Source: an uncultured bacterium
GTDB taxonomy: Bacteria > Desulfobacterota > Deferrimicrobia > Deferrimicrobiales > Deferrimicrobiaceae
DNA length: 64,000 nt
Assembly: GCA_964612075.1 (NCBI GenBank)
Contig: CAZTFC010000002.1
Coordinates: 23,576-87,575, forward strand
Reading direction: 5' to 3'
Positions 30,560 through 40,182 of the stretch are shown piece by piece. Every line of letters starts with the position of its first letter. The first letter of the stretch is position 1. The notes beneath the pieces are model-generated. The model was given only the letters and a program-made list of their open reading frames with translations. It did no database searches and had not been told where the DNA came from. Both the position numbers and the translations under genes were made by a program.

Positions 30560-31471
30560 CTAATGCTTCTCCTTGCTCTCCTGCTCCGCCAGGACCGCGT
30601 TCGTCACTTCGGCGGATTTGGCCGCCTTCTTGTCCCGGATCATCTTTCCGATTCCCAGGACGGCAATGATGAATATGATGTTGACGGCCCAGATGAACCA
30701 GTGGGGAGTCGGCTGCCCCCCGAAGAGAAGGTTCGAGATGAGACCGGGGTGCCACACGCCTTCCTTGAAGGTTCCGCCAACCCACGGGTCCGTGGTGATC
30801 AGCTCGCCCGCGACCTTGCCGAGAACCGCGGCGCCGATCCAGACGATGATCGGGTACTTGTCCATCAGCATCGAGAGGAGCGAGCTGGTCCCCACGACGA
30901 AGGGGATGGAAACGACCAGGCCGAAGAGCAGCAGGAAGAGGTTCCCCTTCGAAGCGCCGCCGACCGCCAGCATGTTGTCGAGCGACATGACGAAGTCGGC
31001 GATGACGATCAGCTTGATCGCCTCCATCAGCTTGCTGGCCGACTCGACATGTTCATCTTCGTGCCCCTGCGTCAACAGCTTCACGGCGATCCAGAAGATC
31101 GCCAATCCGCCGACGAACTTCAGCAGGGGGATGCGCAGCATCAGCGATACCACCATGGTGCAGAGGATCCGCAGCACGACCGCGGCGCCCGCGCCGAGGA
31201 TGATGCCCCATTTCCGCTGCTTGGCGGGAAGGTTCCGGACGGCCAGGGCGATGACGACGGCGTTGTCGCCCGCCAGGACCAGGTCGATCAGGATGATCTC
31301 GAGCACCGCCTGGAAGAACGCCCCGGTGAAGGCGATCCAGCCCAGCTCGAACCCGAAGAGGTTCAAATGCCACGCATCCGGAGGCGCTTCCATTACATGC
31401 CCGCCCGATGCCAGGAGCTGGGGCAGGAAACTGTCGAACCCGAGCATGTTGAGCCAACTCACATCAAACAT
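30560..31471 (-). CDS. TerC-family integral membrane protein
   Basis: TerC motifs (LAGDNAVVIALA, SLDNMLAVGGA), 7-9 TM helices. Confidence 0.85.
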   Translation of the reverse strand: MFDVSWLNMLGFDSFLPQLLASGGHVMEAPPDAWHLNLFGFELGWIAFTGAFFQAVLEIILIDLVLAGDNAVVIALAVRNLPAKQRKWGIILGAGAAVVLRILCTMVVSLMLRIPLLKFVGGLAIFWIAVKLLTQGHEDEHVESASKLMEAIKLIVIADFVMSLDNMLAVGGASKGNLFLLLFGLVVSIPFVVGTSSLLSMLMDKYPIIVWIGAAVLGKVAGELITTDPWVGGTFKEGVWHPGLISNLLFGGQPTPHWFIWAVNIIFIIAVLGIGKMIRDKKAAKSAEVTNAVLAEQESKEKH

Positions 31472-31542
31472 CGCATACCTCCATCGTTTCTGGATTCCGC
31501 TTCTTTAAGAACGGATTCTTTCGCTATATGGATATGGGGAAT

Positions 31543-32484
31543 TCAGGTCTTCTTTCGCATCTCCCGCCAGCAGACTGAGATCGCCGCTTTCAGGGAGTTT
31601 CTCGCGGCGGGGCCCTCGGCGGGAAGGTAGCCGAGGATCTGCCTGGCCGAGGCATCGGACAGTTCCCAGGGATCCGCCAGGAAGGCGGCGCCGGTCCATT
31701 TCTCCCGGGGGATGACCCGGATCTCGGAGCGGGAACCGGTGATTTCGCGGATCATGCCCGCCACCTCTTCCCAGGTGACGTAGACGGTGGCGAAGTTGAA
31801 CGTGCGCCCGAACGCCTCGGGGCGGAACAGGCAACGGTCCATCCCCCGGGCCAGGTCGGCCATGTGGAGGAAACTGCCGCCGCAGCCCGCGGGAACCTCG
31901 AGCGGGGCCCCCGAGGAAGCGGTTTTGAGCATCTCGCGCAGGTGCTTCCCCCCGATCTCGTCTCCGTACGCCCACCAGAAACGGACGACGGTGGCCGGCA
32001 CCTTGCCCGTCTTGCCGTACATGAGACAGAGCTTCTCGGCTGCCGCCTTCGCGATTCCGTAAAGAGGCTTCCTTGCCTCATCGACGAGAAGGGGATGCTC
32101 TTCGTCTATGGGGGAATACCGGGGTTTTCCGTACACCACCGCCGTACTCGTGTAGATCAGGTGACGGACCTTCGCGGCCGCCGCCTCCTCGAGGAGGTAG
32201 AGGTGGCCTTTCATGTCCGTTTCGAACACTTCCAGCGGGACCTCGGAAAAGGACCAGGCCATGTGGACGACGGCGTCCACCCCTTCGACGGCCTTCTTCA
32301 CGGCGTCCCTGTCCTCGAGCCCCGACTGGATGACGGTAAATCTATCGCTGACGATCGACCGGATGGGCGCGACGTCCTTGTCGATGACCCGGACCTCGTG
32401 GCCCCGTTCCAGCAGCCACGCCGCCAGGTAGCGGCCGCACGAACCCGCCCCGCCGGTGATCAGGATTTTCGATTCTTTCGTCAT
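31543..32484 (-). CDS. NAD-dependent epimerase/dehydratase (SDR family)
   Basis: N-terminal Rossmann KILITGGAGSCGRYLAAWLLERGHEV and catalytic YxxxK (PLYGIAK). Confidence 0.85.
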   Translation of the reverse strand: MTKESKILITGGAGSCGRYLAAWLLERGHEVRVIDKDVAPIRSIVSDRFTVIQSGLEDRDAVKKAVEGVDAVVHMAWSFSEVPLEVFETDMKGHLYLLEEAAAAKVRHLIYTSTAVVYGKPRYSPIDEEHPLLVDEARKPLYGIAKAAAEKLCLMYGKTGKVPATVVRFWWAYGDEIGGKHLREMLKTASSGAPLEVPAGCGGSFLHMADLARGMDRCLFRPEAFGRTFNFATVYVTWEEVAGMIREITGSRSEIRVIPREKWTGAAFLADPWELSDASARQILGYLPAEGPAARNSLKAAISVCWREMRKKT

Positions 32485-32648
32485 ATCCGGATCCCTTTTA
32501 CACAAATGGGAAGCGGCCCGGGAAATCGATGGACCACGATTCCCTGGACCGCTCCCCGGAAACCAACCGACGAAAACGCTCAGTCACAAACGGCTCTCCA
32601 GTAGCATCGGCCATGACCCGGCCGATATCCGATAATGCACTCCCTCCG

Positions 32649-34163
32649 TCACCCGGGTCCGACGCTGGCTTTTTCCTTCCTCTTCTTGAGGAAGCCGGAG
32701 ATGGTCGGCCAGAAGAAGATGATGATGCCCGCGATCATGATCGGCAGGGCGATCGGGGGGGCGAAAAGCACGAGCGGGTTGCCGCCCGAGATGAGCAGCG
32801 CCTGCCGCAGCGCCGACTCCGCCATGTCGCCCAGGACGAGGGCCAGGACGCACGGGGCCAGCGGGTAATCGAGCTTCTTGAACAGGTACCCGATGACGCC
32901 GAACACGATCATGTAGTAGATGTCGATCATCCGGTTGTTCACCGCGTAGGCGCCGATGCAGCAGACGTACACGATGATGGGCATGATGATCGCGAACCGG
33001 ACCTTGAGAATCGCGGCGAAGAGCGGAGCGAACGCCAGGACGACGAACAGGCCGAGGATGTTCCCGATCCAGCAGCTTCCGATGAAGCCCCAAACGAAGT
33101 CGGCGTTTTCCTTGAAGAGCATCGGTCCCGGCACGAGACCGAATATCATGAGACCGCCCATGATGACGGCCATGGTCGGGGAGCCGGGGATTCCGAGGGT
33201 GATCATGGGGAGGGCCGCCGAAGTGCCTGCCCCGTGGGCGGCCGCTTCGGGAGCCACGATGCCCGAGACGGCGCCTTTACCGAAATCGTCCTTGTCCTTC
33301 GAGCCCTGCTTCGCGAACCCGTACGCCATGAAGGAGGCCGGGGTCGCGCCGCCGGGCTTCAGCCCCATCCAGCAGCCGATGAGCATTCCGAGGATGAGCG
33401 CCTTGTAGAACTTGAAGACTTCGATCGTTCCGTTCTTCACGTCCTTGAGGGTGATCCTGCCGGCCTTCCCCTCGATCTTGAGACCTTCCTCGACCGTGAG
33501 GAAGATCTCGCCGAGGCCGAACAGACCGATGACCGCGACGATGAAGTTGAACCCGCCCATCAGGTTGATCGACCCGAAGGTCAGGCGCAGCTGCCCGGTG
33601 ACGGTGTCCATGCCGACGGAGGCCAGGGTGAACCCGAGGGCGATGGAAACGACGGTCTTGATCGCATCCTTGCCGCCCAGCCCGACGAAGGCGCTGAAGG
33701 TGAGGAACATGACCGAAAAGATTTCCGCGGGGCCGAACCGCAGCGCGAACTCCGCGATGATCGGGGCGAAGAAGCTGAGCATGATGACGCCGAGAATGGC
33801 GCCCATGGCGTGGGACACGAAGGACAACACGAGAGCCCGCCCGGGCTCTCCCCTATGCGCCATGGGATATCCGTCGAACGTGGCCGCCACCGACCACGGC
33901 TCGCCGGGAATATTGAAAAGGATGGACGTGATGCTTCCACCGTACAGCGATCCCCAGTAGATGCTTGCCAGAAGAATGATCCCGGAGATGGGATTCATCG
34001 CGACCGTGAGCGGTATGAGAATGGCCACCCCGTTCGCGCCGCCCAAGCCGGGGAGGACGCCCACGATGACGCCAAGAACCAGCCCGATCATAGCGGCGAG
34101 GAAGTTCGCCGGCTGCGCCGCCACGCTGATTCCCATAATCAGGTTGTGCATGTTCTCTGCCAC
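32649..34163 (-). CDS. tctA: tripartite tricarboxylate transporter, large permease TctA
   Basis: 504 aa, ~18 TM helices, duplicated TctA repeats. Confidence 0.9.
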   Translation of the reverse strand: MAENMHNLIMGISVAAQPANFLAAMIGLVLGVIVGVLPGLGGANGVAILIPLTVAMNPISGIILLASIYWGSLYGGSITSILFNIPGEPWSVAATFDGYPMAHRGEPGRALVLSFVSHAMGAILGVIMLSFFAPIIAEFALRFGPAEIFSVMFLTFSAFVGLGGKDAIKTVVSIALGFTLASVGMDTVTGQLRLTFGSINLMGGFNFIVAVIGLFGLGEIFLTVEEGLKIEGKAGRITLKDVKNGTIEVFKFYKALILGMLIGCWMGLKPGGATPASFMAYGFAKQGSKDKDDFGKGAVSGIVAPEAAAHGAGTSAALPMITLGIPGSPTMAVIMGGLMIFGLVPGPMLFKENADFVWGFIGSCWIGNILGLFVVLAFAPLFAAILKVRFAIIMPIIVYVCCIGAYAVNNRMIDIYYMIVFGVIGYLFKKLDYPLAPCVLALVLGDMAESALRQALLISGGNPLVLFAPPIALPIMIAGIIIFFWPTISGFLKKRKEKASVGPG

Positions 34164-34203
34164 GTTGGTCTCCCTCCAACCTCAAAATGGAAAAACTACA
34201 GGG

Positions 34204-34686
34204 TCATTGGATGTACGGAAGAATCGCATCCCCAACGATCCCGGACGGTAGCGGAATCAGGAACAGCCTGTCGAAGACGATATAGAGCGAGATGGGGAAC
34301 AAAAGCCCCACGAGGAAGCACTTGTACCACTCGATCTTCCCGACCGCCCGCATGTAGAAGATGATGAAGATCATCGCCGCGATGTGAAGGCCGAAAATCG
34401 GGATGATCGAGACCATGACGGTGGACGGAATCAGAACCCAGAGGATCGGCGTCAGGCCGCCTTCCGGGATCAACCGCTTCCCGGGCCCTTCCTTCAGCGA
34501 CTTGATGGCCTTCCAGATGGTCACAGCCGATCCGAACACGGTGATCAAGCCCAGGTAAAACGGCAGGAATCCGGGCCCGGGCCCGGAAGTCTTGTCATAG
34601 TGCCAACCCAGACGGTTCGCGTCAAAAAGGACGATCAAACCTAATATTAAAATGAAAACAGCCACCCAAAGATTGGCCCTGCGCAT
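34204..34686 (-). CDS. tctB: tripartite tricarboxylate transporter, small subunit TctB
   Basis: 160 aa, 4 TM helices, positioned between tctC and tctA. Confidence 0.78.
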   Translation of the reverse strand: MRRANLWVAVFILILGLIVLFDANRLGWHYDKTSGPGPGFLPFYLGLITVFGSAVTIWKAIKSLKEGPGKRLIPEGGLTPILWVLIPSTVMVSIIPIFGLHIAAMIFIIFYMRAVGKIEWYKCFLVGLLFPISLYIVFDRLFLIPLPSGIVGDAILPYIQ

Positions 34687-34789
34687 CTTCCCTCCCCTAT
34701 CCGAACCGATATTAGAAGCTGCACAAACGGAGGAAGCAGGGGAGGTTAACCCTGCTTCCTCCGGTGTTACGCTTTCAGGAAATCGCCAT

Positions 34790-35788
34790 TTACTTCAGCA
34801 GTTTCCCGGAGGCCATGAGGTCCTTCGTATTCTTTTCCTTCTCCTCGAGCCACTTCACGAATTCCGGCCCGGAGATGTAGGCGGGCTTCAGGCCCATGTC
34901 TTCCGTGTACTTCTTCCATTCGGGGGTCTCGGTGACCTTCTTCATGGTGTTGACGTAGAAGTCGATCTCTTCCTGCTTCACGCCGGGGGCCATGAAGATG
35001 CCGCGGAGCATGAGGTAGGAGATGTCCTTCCCGGCGGCCTCTTTCATCGTCGGGATGTCCTTCCAGCCGGCGAAAGGCATTCTCTCGTGGTCGAGAAGCG
35101 CCAGCGGCTTCAGGCGACCGGCCTTCCAGTGGCTGACCGCTTCCGCCGGGTTGTTCACGGTCGAGTCGACGTGCTTGCCGACGAGCTCCACCGCGACCGC
35201 GCCGCCGCCCTTGAACGGGACGTAGTTGAACTTCACGCCGAACTGCTGCTCCAGGAGGACCGTGATGATCTGGTCTTCCTGCTTCGCACCCGTGCCGCCC
35301 ATGGTGAACTTGCCGGGGGTCTTCTTCACTTCGTTGAAATAGTCATTGGGGGTCTTGTACGGGGTTTCGGCGTTAACCCAGAGGACGAAATAGTCGAGCG
35401 CCAGCCGCGCGACCGGGGTCATGTCCCTCCAGTTGAAGGGAACGCCCGTGGCCAGAGGCGTGGTGAACAGGTTGTCGAGAGTGATGATGATGACGTGCGG
35501 GTTGCCCTTCTGCCCCTTCACGTACATGAAGCCTTCCGCTCCGGCTCCGGCGGACTTGTTGATGACTACGAAGGGTTTGGGGGAAAGTTTGTGCTTGGAG
35601 ATGATCGGAGCGATGAACCGAGCCATGACGTCCGCGCCGCCGCCGGCCCCTGCCGGGATGATGAACTCGACGGGCATCTTCGGCTCCCAGGCTTTTGCTG
35701 TGCCAATTGAGGTGATGACCAGCGCCAAAGAGCAGGCTAGAACCATCAAAATCTTCAGCCCTGTAAACCTCTTGCTCATGGAATACAC
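34790..35788 (-). CDS. tctC: tripartite tricarboxylate transporter substrate-binding protein TctC
   Basis: Signal peptide; Bug/TctC family motifs (PAGAGGGADVMARFIA, PFKGGGAVAVELVGKHVD). Confidence 0.88.
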   Translation of the reverse strand: MYSMSKRFTGLKILMVLACSLALVITSIGTAKAWEPKMPVEFIIPAGAGGGADVMARFIAPIISKHKLSPKPFVVINKSAGAGAEGFMYVKGQKGNPHVIIITLDNLFTTPLATGVPFNWRDMTPVARLALDYFVLWVNAETPYKTPNDYFNEVKKTPGKFTMGGTGAKQEDQIITVLLEQQFGVKFNYVPFKGGGAVAVELVGKHVDSTVNNPAEAVSHWKAGRLKPLALLDHERMPFAGWKDIPTMKEAAGKDISYLMLRGIFMAPGVKQEEIDFYVNTMKKVTETPEWKKYTEDMGLKPAYISGPEFVKWLEEKEKNTKDLMASGKLLK

Positions 35789-36076
35789 CCCCCATGTGAG
35801 AGTTTTTTATTGCCGACCTCAACAGTCACATACAACAAGCCTCCTCCCTTCTTTTGGAGCATCCCCTTAGGCTTGATCGAACAGGTATTCTGTTCGTCCA
35901 TCCCGCTGTCCCCGGCCCCACCCAGGGCGGACCTCAGGCACAGTGTCCCGGGAGCGTCTCCAGGGGGGATATCCTGGCAGCGCAGCCGGGACCGGTTTTG
36001 TCTCCTGCAAGGATAGACGATTTTTCCAACTTTGCATTCAAAATTTTTAGGCCCAAAAGTGGAGCGAGGGACACAG

Positions 36077-36100
36077 GTTGCCCTGTGTCCCCCGTCCGGT
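36077..36100 (-). terminator. hairpin terminator downstream of porB (minus strand)
   Basis: GGGACACAGG-ttgc-CCTGTGTCCC followed on the minus strand by a T-rich stretch. Confidence 0.5.
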
Positions 36101-36108
36101 GGTTCGTA

Positions 36109-37101
<993 letters not shown>

Positions 37102-37124
37102 TTATTCTTCTACGAGATTATCGA

Positions 37125-38318
37125 CTAGATCCCGTTGTCGAAGCCGACCCAGTACACGTACTGATCGACCTTGCCCTGCTTCGCGTTCTTCTCGAGGATC
37201 TTCGCCATGTTGTAGAACTCCTCGAGGGAGATGACTTCGCCGCCCAACCCGGCCATGAACGAGCAAACGGCGGGCTGCTTCGGGGAGTCATACAGGGAGG
37301 CGCGGACTTCGTGCTGCAGCTCGCCGCCCTTCATGGCGCCGCCGTAGCAGGTCTGCGACTCGACGACACCAACGGCCTTGAACTTGGAGAGAACTTCGCA
37401 AACGGCAGCGGTCGGCCAGGGACGGACGAAGCGGAGCTTCACCATACCGACCTTCGCGCCCTTCTTGCGGAGGTGGTCAACCGCAAACCGGGCGGTACGG
37501 CAGTGGGCGCCCATCAGGAAGAACACGTACTCGGCGCCGTCGGTCTTGTATTCCTCGAGCCACACGGGATAGCTGCGGCCCATGGCCTTGTTGTAGTCGT
37601 TGACGGCCTGCTCGATGACCTTCGGGGCGTTCAGGAACGCCTGGGCTCTCTGCAGGTCGATCGCCGGCCCCTGGTCCGGGAAGATCTGCGGGCCATGGTT
37701 GGTCGGGTTCTGGGGATTCAGGGCGTGCGGGCAGTTGTACGGCGGCAGATATTCGTCGACCGCGGCCTGATCCGGGATGCTGACCTTGCCGGGGATGTGC
37801 GACACGAAATAGCCGTCCTGGACCTGCCACTGCGGCAGCATGACCTTCGGGTCTTCGCCGGCGCGGTAGTAGATGATGCAGTTGTCCATGCTCTCTTCCG
37901 GAGTCTCGGCCCAGCCGAGGATCCACCCCTGGTTGTTCACGGACATGACGTCGGTGTGCTCGGAACCGAAGTCGCCGGGGGGGTCATACGCGCGGTCCGC
38001 GATCGCCATCTGGCACGGATAACGGCCACCGGAGATCGGGGAGTACACTTCCATACCATAAGCAACACCGACGCCCGAGGAGCCGGTGTACGCACGGGCG
38101 CCAGCCGCGGACGCGCCCTGGGTAACGGAAACCTGGGCATGCTCGCCTTCGCCGTGCACGAACTCGGCGTCCAGCTCGCCGGCCGCCACCATTCTCGACA
38201 GCTCCATCATGATACCGGTATACGGACGGATCGGGTACGAGGTGATGACCTCGACTCTCGCCAACTTGGCGCCGTTTGCAGTGGCGGCGCAACCAGCCAT
38301 GTAAGCTTCTTTCGGCAT
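37125..38318 (-). CDS. porA: 2-oxoacid:ferredoxin oxidoreductase alpha subunit
   Basis: POR_N/transketolase_C architecture, 397 aa, directly upstream of porB. Confidence 0.9.
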   Translation of the reverse strand: MPKEAYMAGCAATANGAKLARVEVITSYPIRPYTGIMMELSRMVAAGELDAEFVHGEGEHAQVSVTQGASAAGARAYTGSSGVGVAYGMEVYSPISGGRYPCQMAIADRAYDPPGDFGSEHTDVMSVNNQGWILGWAETPEESMDNCIIYYRAGEDPKVMLPQWQVQDGYFVSHIPGKVSIPDQAAVDEYLPPYNCPHALNPQNPTNHGPQIFPDQGPAIDLQRAQAFLNAPKVIEQAVNDYNKAMGRSYPVWLEEYKTDGAEYVFFLMGAHCRTARFAVDHLRKKGAKVGMVKLRFVRPWPTAAVCEVLSKFKAVGVVESQTCYGGAMKGGELQHEVRASLYDSPKQPAVCSFMAGLGGEVISLEEFYNMAKILEKNAKQGKVDQYVYWVGFDNGI

Positions 38319-38339
38319 GTGAATTCTCCTCCTCGGAAT

Positions 38340-38687
38340 CTAGTAAGGCTTATCAAGACGGGCCATGCCGCCTTTGAAGTTCAGTTCGTCCTCGAGCCGA
38401 AGGGCGTCCGCCGGGCACTCTTCCACGCAGATCCGGCAGCCTTTGCAATAGATGGCGTCCCACGTCATCTTCTCGGACTTCGGGTCCAGGTGCCAGCAGG
38501 CATCGGGGCAGTAGATGAAGCAGTTGAGGCAGGTGGTGCACTTCTCATGATCGATGACCGGGCGCTGCATTCTCCAGTTGCCGGTCTTCATCATCGGCTG
38601 CTCGCCGACCGGGGCCGGAACCACGGCGCCGTCAGCGATTTCCAGGTGCTTGGGGATCCGGAACTTCTCGCAGTACAGAGGACTCAT
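38340..38687 (-). CDS. porD: 2-oxoacid:ferredoxin oxidoreductase delta subunit (2 x [4Fe-4S] ferredoxin)
   Basis: CTTCLNCFIYCP and CKGCRICVEECP cluster motifs. Confidence 0.88.
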   Translation of the reverse strand: MSPLYCEKFRIPKHLEIADGAVVPAPVGEQPMMKTGNWRMQRPVIDHEKCTTCLNCFIYCPDACWHLDPKSEKMTWDAIYCKGCRICVEECPADALRLEDELNFKGGMARLDKPY

Positions 38688-38706
38688 GTTTTTCTCCTTC
38701 CAGGCC

Positions 38707-39318
38707 TTATAAAGTTTTCACTACGGCGGTCTTGGCGCCTTCCTTCACACCCGCCTTGTTCGCCGCGGAAGCGACGACGTTGTCCAGCACGAACTTGTCG
38801 CAAACCTTGGTCGCAGCGCCAGCCAGCGGAGCGGAGATCGCCACGCCGACCGAAACGGCTTCCACGCCGCCCTCGGAACCCATGAAGTCGACGCTCTCGA
38901 GGCCCGTGCCGCCCGCGATGCCGGTGGCGTCCACGAGAGTGATCGAGGACAGAAGATCCTTGTTCGGGATCAGCGCGAGGATCTCGTCGGCCGACCGCTT
39001 GGTGTTGACGACGAGGGCGCCGCCCTTCGCCATCCCGCGGAGGATGTCGATGCCCTTCACGATGCCTTCTTCCATGACGATGACGAGCGACGGATGGTCG
39101 TTCTCATACAGATACCGCATCTCGATCTCTTCATCGCTGACGCGGACGTACTTGCGAAGGGGAACCTGCACGCGGTCCGGAAGGTCCGCGTAGTTGTCCC
39201 AAGCCTGAACGAACTTGCCGCCCTTCGCCGCTGCATTGGCGAGGACCAGCGACAGGTGTCTTCCTTCCATATCCTGGATCACGCCACGGCACCAAATCGT
39301 TACTTCAAACACTTCTGC
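38707..39318 (-). CDS. porG: 2-oxoacid:ferredoxin oxidoreductase gamma subunit
   Basis: MAEVFEVTIWCRGV start typical of PorG; POR family gamma domain. Confidence 0.85.
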   Translation of the reverse strand, partial: AEVFEVTIWCRGVIQDMEGRHLSLVLANAAAKGGKFVQAWDNYADLPDRVQVPLRKYVRVSDEEIEMRYLYENDHPSLVIVMEEGIVKGIDILRGMAKGGALVVNTKRSADEILALIPNKDLLSSITLVDATGIAGGTGLESVDFMGSEGGVEAVSVGVAISAPLAGAATKVCDKFVLDNVVASAANKAGVKEGAKTAVVKTL

Positions 39319-39436
39319 CATTTTGTCCTTCCTCCTTCGGTTGTCTACGTCTATGCGGATAATTGCGTACTTCCGAACAACTTCTTGTTTCACCTCCTTT
39401 CCTGTCGTTTATGCTTCAGACTTCGCTTACTGCACC

Positions 39437-40156
39437 CTAGTTCTTTCTCCCCATCATTTCGAAAAGGCTGTTCTCTATGTCGATCAGGTGCTCGCGCATG
39501 GCCTGCGCCGCGCCTTCCGGGTCGCGGGCCTTGATCGCGTCGAGCAGCTCCCTGTGCCGCTGGATGGATTTCTCGGCCCTTCCCTCGACCTGGAGAAAAT
39601 TGTCCCGGCTCTCCAGGAAGAGGCTCATGTTGTTGTCGACAATGTGGAGAAGGAAACGGTTCCTCGCCGCGCCGGCCAGGAGGTAATGGAAATTCCGGTC
39701 GGTTTCCGTGCCCGAATCCCCGCGCGTGATCTCCCGCTCCTGCTGGGCGAGGGTCTTTTCCATCAGCCGGATCTCGTCGTCGTTCGCGCGCTCGGCGGCC
39801 AGGTAGGCCAGCTGCGGCTCGATCAGCCGGCGCATCTCGAACAGCTCCCGCTGGCCGTCCTTTTCGGAGCAGATGACGGAAGCCAGCGGGTTGACCAGCG
39901 ATTCCACGGGATGTTTCGCGATGTACGTGCCGTTGCCCTGGCGGCTTTCGAGAAGACCCTGGCTCTCCAGGGAACGGATGGCCTCACGGACGGAAGACCG
40001 GCTGACCCGGAACACTTCAGCCAGCTCCCGCTCGACGGGAAGCTGATCTCCGGACTTGAATCGACCCTTGTCGATCATGTCTTTGATCTTTGCAACGATT
40101 TCCTCATATACCCTTGTCTTCTTGACCGGCTTGAACAGCTTTAACTTCTTCTTCAC
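39437..40156 (-). CDS. GntR-family transcriptional regulator, FadR/FCD subfamily
   Basis: N-terminal winged HTH (RVYEEIVAKIKDMIDKGRFKSGDQLPVERELAEVFRVSRSSVREAIRSLE) and FCD C-terminal domain. GTG start inferred from the MKKKLK-like N-terminus. Confidence 0.8.
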   Translation of the reverse strand: MKKKLKLFKPVKKTRVYEEIVAKIKDMIDKGRFKSGDQLPVERELAEVFRVSRSSVREAIRSLESQGLLESRQGNGTYIAKHPVESLVNPLASVICSEKDGQRELFEMRRLIEPQLAYLAAERANDDEIRLMEKTLAQQEREITRGDSGTETDRNFHYLLAGAARNRFLLHIVDNNMSLFLESRDNFLQVEGRAEKSIQRHRELLDAIKARDPEGAAQAMREHLIDIENSLFEMMGRKN

Positions 40157-40182
40157 CCAGGGTCCCCGGCCGAAAGAAGGCT